Source of the DNA: a virus
Length of the DNA stretch: 64,000 nt
IMG/VR virus record: IMGVR_UViG_3300032323_000716
Coordinates: 32,001-96,000 of that record
Reading direction: 5' to 3' (one strand)
Below, one piece after another: positions 56,695 through 64,000 of this stretch; within the stretch, counting starts at the first letter, position 1; every line of letters starts with the position of its first letter. Position numbers and translations under genes: made by a program. The notes under the pieces are model-generated. The model saw only the letters and a list, made by a program, of their open reading frames with translations, was not told the origin of the DNA and ran no database searches.

Positions 56695-57045
56695 CGTAAT
56701 AGACTTACGTTTAATTCTTTTTACAATAATATCATTTAGGCTTGTGCAAGGCCCAAAAAGCACCTTAACGTCTTTGGTGCTAAAGTTTCTTATTGAATAG
56801 CGAAACTCCGTAATTTCTTTGTTTAGAAAAATATTGATAGGAATTTGACGATTGCTTTCCCACCACCAAACTTCACCTAATTCTAAAAATCTCTGTTTTT
56901 CCCAGTCTGTACGTATACTAGCATAATCATACATGCTAGTAACCTGAGAATCTTGATTAATGACAATGCCTACATATTCTGCATTGACGTGATTTAGCAC
57001 GGTTATGAATGGAAAATTTTCTTGTAGGTTTTCAGTTATACGCAT
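56674..57045 (-). CDS. Hypothetical protein
   Basis: 123-aa ORF with motif WWWESNRQIPINIFL. Confidence 0.55.
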   Translation of the reverse strand: MRITENLQENFPFITVLNHVNAEYVGIVINQDSQVTSMYDYASIRTDWEKQRFLELGEVWWWESNRQIPINIFLNKEITEFRYSIRNFSTKDVKVLFGPCTSLNDIIVKRIKRKSITLIRKPG

Positions 57046-57072
57046 AGATAAATATTGCTAGGGTTCCAAATT

Positions 57073-58143
57073 ATGCAATTAATTTCAGTTTATTTATATC
57101 CAAACAGGGTCGATGCTTATACAAATTATCTGGCCTCTTGGAAAACAGAGAGGTATCGTAAAGTGTACAATCGCAATCTAAAAATATTCCGCGGTGCAGA
57201 TAATCGCATCGATATACAAATACGCAATTCAGACGAAAAGCCGTATGATGTATCAATCTATGATGATTTTGTGTTTAATCTTGTAAACAAAGAAACTAAA
57301 GAATTAATCCTTAGCAAAGCCTGTACAGTTCAAAGTGCCGCTACTGGAAAAGTATATGTAACCCTAACTGAAAATGAATTAACAGATATAGAGCCTGGAT
57401 TTTATCAGTACTCTGTTATCGGTCAAACACGCAGCGACAGCGATGCTAGTTTAGTCACAGCAAGAACTCCTTTTTATATCGATTCACAATACGGTGCATT
57501 TGCCACCATTGAAATCTTTGGTGATGTTTTTGGCGAACCTCTTGATAGTGTTAAGATTGATGAATTTAGAGATTTTAGAGTTAACAACGCTAGCCAAGAA
57601 AAATATCTACTATCAAGTATTATAGATGCAAGACCTAATCTTAGCACACCTCAATCTTTGCATACTTTTCAATTTTACTTTACCAATTACACAGGCACTG
57701 TAGTTATCCAAGGCAGTCAAAGTGATGGAGGTAATCCACAAGTATGGGTAGATCTAGATACTGAAGAGATGGTTAATCAATCAACGCCAACTTATAAAAA
57801 TATCACAGGCAAGTATAATTGGTTTAGGATTAGATTTGGTAATACATTTAATAATTCGGCTAGATTCGTAATTGGACAAACATTTAATGGTTCATATGCA
57901 GTTAGTGTCTACGACGGCGGGTCTGGATATACTGTAGGACAACAATTGGTAATCACTGGAGACCTATTAGGGGGCTTTTCTGGTGTAAACGACTTGAATA
58001 TCACTGTAACTTCTGTGAATGTAAACGGTGCAGTGACTGGAATAACATTCACCGGCGTTTCAGCACCAAACGATCGAAGTTATGTTTTGGGTGCGACTGG
58101 AACTCCTACCGCAGGGGCTATTGACAAAATCTTATACAGATAG
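57073..58143 (+). CDS. Virion structural protein (BppU-like N-terminus plus fibre-type repeat)
   Basis: TAAATA at 57049. The C-terminal GSGYTVG...ITGDLLGG...ND module matches repeats in the 2153-aa protein. Confidence 0.5.
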   Translation: MQLISVYLYPNRVDAYTNYLASWKTERYRKVYNRNLKIFRGADNRIDIQIRNSDEKPYDVSIYDDFVFNLVNKETKELILSKACTVQSAATGKVYVTLTENELTDIEPGFYQYSVIGQTRSDSDASLVTARTPFYIDSQYGAFATIEIFGDVFGEPLDSVKIDEFRDFRVNNASQEKYLLSSIIDARPNLSTPQSLHTFQFYFTNYTGTVVIQGSQSDGGNPQVWVDLDTEEMVNQSTPTYKNITGKYNWFRIRFGNTFNNSARFVIGQTFNGSYAVSVYDGGSGYTVGQQLVITGDLLGGFSGVNDLNITVTSVNVNGAVTGITFTGVSAPNDRSYVLGATGTPTAGAIDKILYR

Positions 58144-58149
58144 TATAAT
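58121..58149 (+). promoter_or_regulatory. Perfect sigma70 consensus promoter
   Basis: TTGACA (58121)-17 nt-TATAAT (58144). The primase ATG is 6 nt downstream and has no SD. Confidence 0.8.
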
Positions 58150-58155
58150 CTGTGT

Positions 58156-59178
58156 ATGACGTTAGTCGTAGACAAATTTAGATCTCTCTTACCTCGACTC
58201 AAAACTAGCCCTAGCGGCTGGATGAGTTTCAATGCTCCTTGTTGTCATCATCGAGGACATCGAACCGACACTAGAAAACGTGCCGGTGTTGTTTTAACCG
58301 AAGGTATTATTTACAACTGTTTTAATTGTAAATTTAGTACAGGATGGACTCCTGGATCGACACTATCTCCTAAGTTTAAAACTCTTTGTCAATGGTTGGG
58401 TGCAAATGATGATACAATCAAAGAGTTAACCTTTGAAGCCTTAAAGACTGAAGGCGAAGGATATGTTCCTACAACATTCGTTGAACAAAAGATAGATTTT
58501 GAAACCAAAGAGTTACCAGAAGGCTCGATGCCGTTGCTAGACTGGGTCGAAAGTGCGTATTATCAAGATTTAGAAGATCTATTAGATCCTGCTATTTCTT
58601 ATCTAGTAAGCAGAGGATTTGATCCGTTCGATGGAAATTTTTATTGGAGTCCTGCTCCTGGTTACGAAAACAGAGTAATCATACCTTTTTTCTACGAAGG
58701 AAAGATAGTAGGCAACACAGCCAGAAAAACCACGCAAGGCCGTCCTAAATATCTATCAGATCAACACCCCTTCTTTGTGTTTAACACTGATGCACAGGTA
58801 GAAAATCATAGATACGTATTTGTAGTAGAAGGACCGTTTGATGCTTTATCAATAGGTGGCGTAGCACTACTCACTAACGAAGTCAGCGAGCAACAATCGA
58901 GAATAATTAATAATATGAACAAGGATGTCATAGTAATTCCTGATCAAGATAAAGCAGGGTTAACTTTGATAGATCAAGCGGCAAAATTAGGTTGGAAGGT
59001 TGCTTTTCCAACATGGGATGAATCAATCAAAGACTGTGCGGATGCTGTGTCCAAATATGGTAAATTGTTTGTTATAGTAGATGCTATTAAAACAGCCACA
59101 GACAATCCTGTCAAGATTGAAATAGAGAAACGAAAATTGCTAAACAAATTTACCGAGTTGGAGAAAAACGATGTTTAA
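58156..59178 (+). CDS. DNA primase (T4 gp61 / DnaG-like)
   Basis: Zn-binding PCC...YNCFNC, RVIIPF, and TOPRIM motifs VVEGPFDA, IPDQDKAG and KD. Confidence 0.85.
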   Translation: MTLVVDKFRSLLPRLKTSPSGWMSFNAPCCHHRGHRTDTRKRAGVVLTEGIIYNCFNCKFSTGWTPGSTLSPKFKTLCQWLGANDDTIKELTFEALKTEGEGYVPTTFVEQKIDFETKELPEGSMPLLDWVESAYYQDLEDLLDPAISYLVSRGFDPFDGNFYWSPAPGYENRVIIPFFYEGKIVGNTARKTTQGRPKYLSDQHPFFVFNTDAQVENHRYVFVVEGPFDALSIGGVALLTNEVSEQQSRIINNMNKDVIVIPDQDKAGLTLIDQAAKLGWKVAFPTWDESIKDCADAVSKYGKLFVIVDAIKTATDNPVKIEIEKRKLLNKFTELEKNDV

Positions 59179-59287
59179 AGCCTTGAAAGATTTTTTTACT
59201 TGGCCATGGAGACGATATCAACAAAATCGTGCATGGAAGAAAAGATTAGAAGAACTTAAGAAAAGAGACCCGTTCATTTACAAATGA
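59171..59287 (+). CDS. Small basic hypothetical protein (38 aa; not in ORF track)
   Basis: Translates as MFKALKDFFTWPWRRYQQNRAWKKRLEELKKRDPFIYK. It fills the gap exactly, overlapping the primase stop and the next start (ATGA). Confidence 0.55.
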   Translation: MFKALKDFFTWPWRRYQQNRAWKKRLEELKKRDPFIYK

Positions 59288-60252
59288 TTACTTGGGGAAT
59301 TAATGCTCTTAATCATGATGCTAGTATTGCTGTTGTTAATAATGGCGAGTTAAGATTTTGGAAACGCAGTTCTGAATACACAGGTGTTGCTGGAGATCAA
59401 TATCTGTGTTCTAGAATTTATCATGATGCTCTTAACGCCAGTAATGGGCGAGGACCAGACGAAATAGTTTGGTATGAACATCCTCTTTGGAAAAAATGCA
59501 GACAGTTCTATGCAGGACAGTTCTATGCAGCCTTTGATTTAAATGATATGCCTAGTAGGTATCTTAAAAAATTAGGTTGGCCTAATTTTAAGATGTCGTA
59601 TATCAGTCATCATCTAAGTCATGCTGCCGCAGGTTACTATACATCTCCTTTTAAAGAGGCTTCTGTAGTTGTTCTAGATGCAATTGGCGAGTGGGAAAGT
59701 ATGTCAATATGGAAAGCCCAAGACATGAAACTTACTAGAGTTTTCAGCAGATCTTACCCTACTAGTCTTGGTATATTTTATTCGGCATTTACAGACTTAA
59801 TTGGTCTAAAGCCGTTAGGAGAAGAACATGTATTGCAGAAACTTAGCGAACAAGGCGATCCTTCTAGATATAGAGAACAGGTTAAAAAATATTGGAGAGA
59901 CGATCTAACTCTTAGATATAATTTACACAAGGGTGTTTGGAATTGGTCCGATCTCGACATGGATGATCAAGGTAAAAAAGATCTTGCTGCCGCAGTACAA
60001 GAACAGTTTGAATTACAGGCACAGAAAGTATTCGACTGGGCAAAGAAACTTGCACCTAGTGATAATCTAGTTTATATGGGCGGTTGTGCAATGAACAGTA
60101 AATTCAATAACTCCCTGTCAGATCAATATAAAAAGATTTGGAGTTTGTCTATACCCGGAGATGCCAGCAGTGCTATAGGGGCTGCACTGTATAAACAACA
60201 GAAAAGAGTTACTTTACCTTTTTCTCAGGTAAAGCACATAGGGATTAAATGA
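59284..60252 (+). CDS. Carbamoyltransferase N-terminal (Kae1-like) domain only
   Basis: Motifs NHDASIA, HHLSHAA, VLDAIGE, SLGIFYS, MGGCAMN and PGDASSAIGA. The ORF stops before the YrdC-like domain. Confidence 0.8.
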   Translation: MITWGINALNHDASIAVVNNGELRFWKRSSEYTGVAGDQYLCSRIYHDALNASNGRGPDEIVWYEHPLWKKCRQFYAGQFYAAFDLNDMPSRYLKKLGWPNFKMSYISHHLSHAAAGYYTSPFKEASVVVLDAIGEWESMSIWKAQDMKLTRVFSRSYPTSLGIFYSAFTDLIGLKPLGEEHVLQKLSEQGDPSRYREQVKKYWRDDLTLRYNLHKGVWNWSDLDMDDQGKKDLAAAVQEQFELQAQKVFDWAKKLAPSDNLVYMGGCAMNSKFNNSLSDQYKKIWSLSIPGDASSAIGAALYKQQKRVTLPFSQVKHIGIK

Positions 60253-60365
60253 TCAAAAATTTATACACTTATGGCAATTCTCATTATTATAAGGCTTTAC
60301 TTTCTATACCAAGAAAGTGTATAATAGCAAAAGGATATGTATTTCATGATTGATTACGTTATAAC

Positions 60366-61787
60366 ATGATAAAAGACTACGGATACGAAGAACAAAAACT
60401 ATATTTAGAATTGATGTTGGCAGACGCTGAGGTGTTTGTTCGTTGTCAAGGAATTTTTGATCACACATTGTTTGATCGCAAACTACAAGATGCCGCTGAA
60501 TTCATCAACGAATATGCTAAACAATATTCTGTATTGCCCGACTACGAAATGGTCAATGCTACTTGCAAGATACAGTTGAGAAAACCTGATGACGCCAAAG
60601 AAGGACATCTCGAATGGCTCATGGATGAGTTTGAAAATTTTACAAGACACAAAGCATTAGAACGTGCTATCATTGGATCTGCAGATCTTTTAGAAAAGAA
60701 AGATTATGGCGCAGTAGAAGTCATGATCAAAGAAGCAGTACAGATAGGTCTTGCCAAAGACATGGGCACAGACTATTTTGCAGATCCTCGTTCTAGATTG
60801 ATGCGTATCAAAGATAAGAATGGACAGATTAGCACTGGGTGGCCTAGTCTTGATCGTAGACTGTTTGGTGGCATGAACAGGGGCGAACTGAATATCTTTG
60901 CAGGTGGTTCAGGAGCAGGTAAATCTTTGTTCTTGGCTAACCTTGGTGTGAACTGGGCATTGAATGGTTTGAATGTTGTTTATCTAACATTAGAACTTTC
61001 TGAAGATCTAGTTTGTATGCGTATGGATGCAATGACCACTGGCGTACATACTAAAGAGATTTTTAAAGAATTAGATGATGTAGAAATGAAGGTTAGAATC
61101 ATCGGAAAGAAATCAGGAGCATATCAGGTCAAATATATGCCTTCCGGTAAAACTGCCAATGACATTCGTGCTTATCTCAAAGAATACGAAATTAAAACTG
61201 GACGTAAAGTTGATGTGCTGTTAGTAGACTATTTGGACTTGCTCATGCCAATCAGTAAAAAGATTAGTCCTGCAGATTTGTTTATCAAAGACAAATATGT
61301 GTCAGAAGAACTGCGTAATCTTGCAGTTGAAAGACAATGCATCTTAGTTACTGCGGCACAGTTGAACCGTGGTGCTGTTGAAGAAGTTGAGTTTGATCAC
61401 AGTCATATTTCGGGCGGTCTGTCAAAGATTCAAACTGCGGATAACGTGTTTGGTATCTTTACCAGCCGTGCAATGCGTGAACGTGGTCGTTATCAAATAC
61501 AATTAATGAAAACTCGTTCATCTAGTGGTGTGGGACAAAAAGTGGATCTAGAATTTAATTTAGAGACACTTAAGATTAGCGATCTGCCAGAAGATGAACA
61601 AGAAAGTCATAATGGTGCCGGAAGAGGCGCCAGCAGTATTATTGAAAATATCAAGCGTAAGACAGAAGTACAAAGAGAAGAACCAGGCGAAGGAGCCCCT
61701 ATTGGCAAGGTCCGCGGACAGGTAGAAAGTACAAAGTTACGCGAAATCTTGAATAAAATAGGCACAGATGAAGACGCACCGTTTTGA
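60366..61787 (+). CDS. Replicative DNA helicase (DnaB / T4 gp41-like)
   Basis: Motifs ISTGW..LD, Walker A GGSGAGKS, TLELS, Walker B LVDYLD, TAAQLNR, TAD and MKTR. Confidence 0.92.
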   Translation: MIKDYGYEEQKLYLELMLADAEVFVRCQGIFDHTLFDRKLQDAAEFINEYAKQYSVLPDYEMVNATCKIQLRKPDDAKEGHLEWLMDEFENFTRHKALERAIIGSADLLEKKDYGAVEVMIKEAVQIGLAKDMGTDYFADPRSRLMRIKDKNGQISTGWPSLDRRLFGGMNRGELNIFAGGSGAGKSLFLANLGVNWALNGLNVVYLTLELSEDLVCMRMDAMTTGVHTKEIFKELDDVEMKVRIIGKKSGAYQVKYMPSGKTANDIRAYLKEYEIKTGRKVDVLLVDYLDLLMPISKKISPADLFIKDKYVSEELRNLAVERQCILVTAAQLNRGAVEEVEFDHSHISGGLSKIQTADNVFGIFTSRAMRERGRYQIQLMKTRSSSGVGQKVDLEFNLETLKISDLPEDEQESHNGAGRGASSIIENIKRKTEVQREEPGEGAPIGKVRGQVESTKLREILNKIGTDEDAPF

Positions 61788-62007
61788 ACTTTATCATTGG
61801 CACACACGCAACGGTAAAGATATAATAGAAGTAGACTGGCCTAAAGTACATAAAACTGTAGGCATTGATCTAATAAATTGGATCAACAAACAGCCTAAAG
61901 AAAAATGTCAATTAGTAGTAGATAAACTAAATGACGATTTCAAATTAATGGCTGAATTTTATGATGAACAAACAGTAATGACCTATCATTTAATGTGGGC
62001 TAAATAA
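61768..62007 (+). CDS. Hypothetical protein
   Basis: 79-aa ORF overlapping the end of the helicase gene. Confidence 0.5.
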   Translation: MKTHRFELYHWHTRNGKDIIEVDWPKVHKTVGIDLINWINKQPKEKCQLVVDKLNDDFKLMAEFYDEQTVMTYHLMWAK

Positions 62008-62010
62008 TGG

Positions 62011-62724
62011 ATGCGTCTACGAGAATTAAACGAACGTGCAGAATTTGTCACAGTTAACAGAACCCTAAATCCAAAGATTTGGAAGGGCGATCAATTAGAT
62101 CCCGCTGTTAAATCTAAATTAATAGAAATCGCTCGTGCCTTTGAGGAATTCGTCGGAATTGATCTAGAGGTAGAAGATTATACTATCACTGGTTCTAATG
62201 CCAACTATACCTGGACACAGTATTCAGATCTTGATCTACATCTTATTGTTCCCGGCACTCCATCAGATGAACAGCGTGAGTTGTTCAATGCTAAAAAAGC
62301 CCTATGGGCAGAACAGCACAATATCACTATTAAAAGTCTGCCTGTAGAATGTTATGTTCAAGGCGAAGACGAACCTCATCATTCAACCGGTGTTTATAGT
62401 ATTGCTAAAGATCGCTGGTTAATAGAGCCTAAGAAGGTCGAACCCAAGATCGACGATGCTTCAGTAGAAGCCAAAAAAGATTCAGTGATGCATGATGTTG
62501 AAATAGCCATGCTTAGTAAAGATCTAAACAAGTTACGCATAGTCAAAGAAAAAATAACTAAGATGCGCAAAGCAGGTTTAGAAAGAGCAGGAGAATGGTC
62601 TGTAGAAAACGTAGTATTCAAGATACTACGAAATCTCGGTATTATAGATCAACTCAGTGAAAAAATAAGAGAGCTCGAAGATCAAGAACTCTCTTTGGAA
62701 CAACAGACTAACGTTATTAATTAA
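62011..62724 (+). CDS. Pol-beta superfamily nucleotidyltransferase-like protein
   Basis: Motif ITGSNANY....SDLDLH (hG[GS]x9-13DhDh) with a third acidic residue in PVECY. TAAATA lies 4 nt before the ATG. Confidence 0.7.
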   Translation: MRLRELNERAEFVTVNRTLNPKIWKGDQLDPAVKSKLIEIARAFEEFVGIDLEVEDYTITGSNANYTWTQYSDLDLHLIVPGTPSDEQRELFNAKKALWAEQHNITIKSLPVECYVQGEDEPHHSTGVYSIAKDRWLIEPKKVEPKIDDASVEAKKDSVMHDVEIAMLSKDLNKLRIVKEKITKMRKAGLERAGEWSVENVVFKILRNLGIIDQLSEKIRELEDQELSLEQQTNVIN

Positions 62725-63410
62725 TCGTTCTTATTGCCAAACAGTTGCAGTAGGCTCAAGAAGATATTAATAAAATCTAGATATAGTGTCAAAGCACCTA
62801 GGATCTCTAGATTACCTTCATTTTCCACAGAAACCATTTCACGGATACGTTGCGTATCATATGCAGTCAAGCCTGTGAAAATAACGATAGCCAATGCTGA
62901 AATAACCATAGCGGCTACACTGCTACCAATAAAAATATTAACAACACTGGCAATAACGATAGCAATCAAACCTACGAACAGGAATGATCCAAGACTGGTA
63001 AGATCACGTTTAGTGAAGTAACCATAAAAACTCATTACGCCAAATAGGATAGCACCGCCCATAAATGCTGATACGATACTGCCCAAACTGTAGACTACAA
63101 AAATTGTAGCAAAACTTAGACCCATTAGAGCAGCAAATCCATGTAGTGCTAATGTAGCCACAGGCTTGGTCATTTTATAGATACCAAATCCTAGTGCAAA
63201 GATGGCTACCAAAGGTGCAAAAATTACAACCCATTTCATAGCACCCGTAAAGAAAAATGCCATAGCAGCAGGTGAACTGGCCACTAACAAACTGACAATC
63301 ATTGAAGTAAGAATGGCCAAACCCATATGACCGTATACACGACCCATGGCAGAATTGATCTGATCAGCAGTCCTATATCCAAAAGGTGCGTCAGCGATAA
63401 AACTATTCAT
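62721..63410 (-). CDS. Bax inhibitor-1 / YccA family membrane protein
   Basis: About seven hydrophobic segments. Motifs TKRDL, GLTAYDTQRI and GALTLYLDFINIF. SD AGGAG. Confidence 0.9.
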   Translation of the reverse strand: MNSFIADAPFGYRTADQINSAMGRVYGHMGLAILTSMIVSLLVASSPAAMAFFFTGAMKWVVIFAPLVAIFALGFGIYKMTKPVATLALHGFAALMGLSFATIFVVYSLGSIVSAFMGGAILFGVMSFYGYFTKRDLTSLGSFLFVGLIAIVIASVVNIFIGSSVAAMVISALAIVIFTGLTAYDTQRIREMVSVENEGNLEILGALTLYLDFINIFLSLLQLFGNKND

Positions 63411-63439
63411 AGTAACATCTCCTAGTTAAGATAGTGTTT

Positions 63440-63468
63440 ATTATACACTAATTTATCAGGTATGTCAA
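63440..63468 (-). promoter_or_regulatory. Perfect sigma70 consensus promoter for the BI-1/YccA gene
   Basis: Minus strand TTGACA (63468-63463)-17 nt-TATAAT (63445-63440). Confidence 0.8.
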
Positions 63469-63471
63469 TGA

Positions 63472-63969
63472 TCAGCGGTCTAATTGGCCTGTTTTGACAC
63501 CGACTCGTTTGGCCCAGGGTATAATTGGACGGAATCGATCTTTGTTCGATCTGTTCTTTTCTAGAACAATCATTTCCAATTCTTTTTCACAGAATTCTTG
63601 ATCGTCTAACATACCTTCTATTAAAAAGTTTCTATGAAAGCCCTGTGTGAGATCTAATTCTTGATCTGTAACTAGACTTTGGAAAACTTTTTTAGATAGT
63701 ATTTCGTGATTACGCAAGCAGAGATGATTGTACCTAGCATCTACTCCATGCCAGTATCGATTGCTTACTTCGCCTTCAGGATCTTGAAATTCGTGATATT
63801 GTACATCACTCATCAGACTGCCCTTGGCTATTTTCAATTCTTCAAACTCCATGCCTTGATCTAGATCTTGATCAAAGCATTTAATGATCAACGGTTTTTT
63901 TAATTTTCTACGCTGTACTTGATAGGCCACATAGGCCAATCTATTATTAACATTCATAAGATCTATCAT
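63472..63969 (-). CDS. Hypothetical protein
   Basis: 165-aa ORF near the window edge. No motif recognised. Confidence 0.45.
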   Translation of the reverse strand: MIDLMNVNNRLAYVAYQVQRRKLKKPLIIKCFDQDLDQGMEFEELKIAKGSLMSDVQYHEFQDPEGEVSNRYWHGVDARYNHLCLRNHEILSKKVFQSLVTDQELDLTQGFHRNFLIEGMLDDQEFCEKELEMIVLEKNRSNKDRFRPIIPWAKRVGVKTGQLDR

Positions 63970-64000
63970 GGGACGCTGAATGTAACGTATGTATAGTTCA

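Noticed and set aside
59501-59530. 15-nt tandem repeat GACAGTTCTATGCAG x2
   Set aside because: Only two copies, in frame (QFYA repeated) and with no spacers. It is not CRISPR-like.
60253-60365. Missing C-terminal domain of the second carbamoyltransferase hidden by a frameshift
   Set aside because: The gap is only 113 bp, has no GPRALG-like coding remnant, and contains a TATAAT box (60320) that probably serves the helicase gene.
1-64000. tRNA, rRNA, CRISPR arrays, transposases, alternative genetic code
   Set aside because: Intergenic gaps are short and show no cloverleaf or repeat-spacer pattern. No transposase motifs were seen. Core genes are intact in the standard code, and TAA, TGA and TAG all occur as stops.

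Overview
The window is a 64-kb segment of a large T4-like (myovirus, probably jumbo) bacteriophage genome, densely coding and AT-rich. From left to right: (1) a tail-fibre/baseplate region, including three tandem paralogous Cys-rich (about 10% Cys) glycine-rich proteins followed by a GT9-like glycosyltransferase and a full-length NodU/TobZ-family carbamoyltransferase, then a 2153-aa fibre-like protein; (2) neck, tail and packaging genes (gp15, gp14, gp13, dNMP kinase, gp18 sheath, gp19 tube, gp54-like, gp4, gp16-like, gp17); (3) recombination genes (gp32, UvsX, UvsY); (4) a 13-kb sugar-nucleotide/glycosyltransferase/methyltransferase island; (5) replication genes (UvsW, gp62-like, primase, gp41-like helicase) interleaved with a 192-aa miniature DnaE catalytic core, a possible inactive stand-alone Hint-fold protein and a half carbamoyltransferase; (6) a Pol-beta-type nucleotidyltransferase and a BI-1/YccA membrane protein. 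Regulatory signals are clear: near-consensus sigma70 promoters, a recurrent late-type TAAATA box usually 5 nt before the ATG (implying leaderless mRNAs), intrinsic terminators, and two promoters embedded in hairpins. I found no tRNA, rRNA, CRISPR array or IS element. All functional calls come from motif recognition by eye, not database searches.
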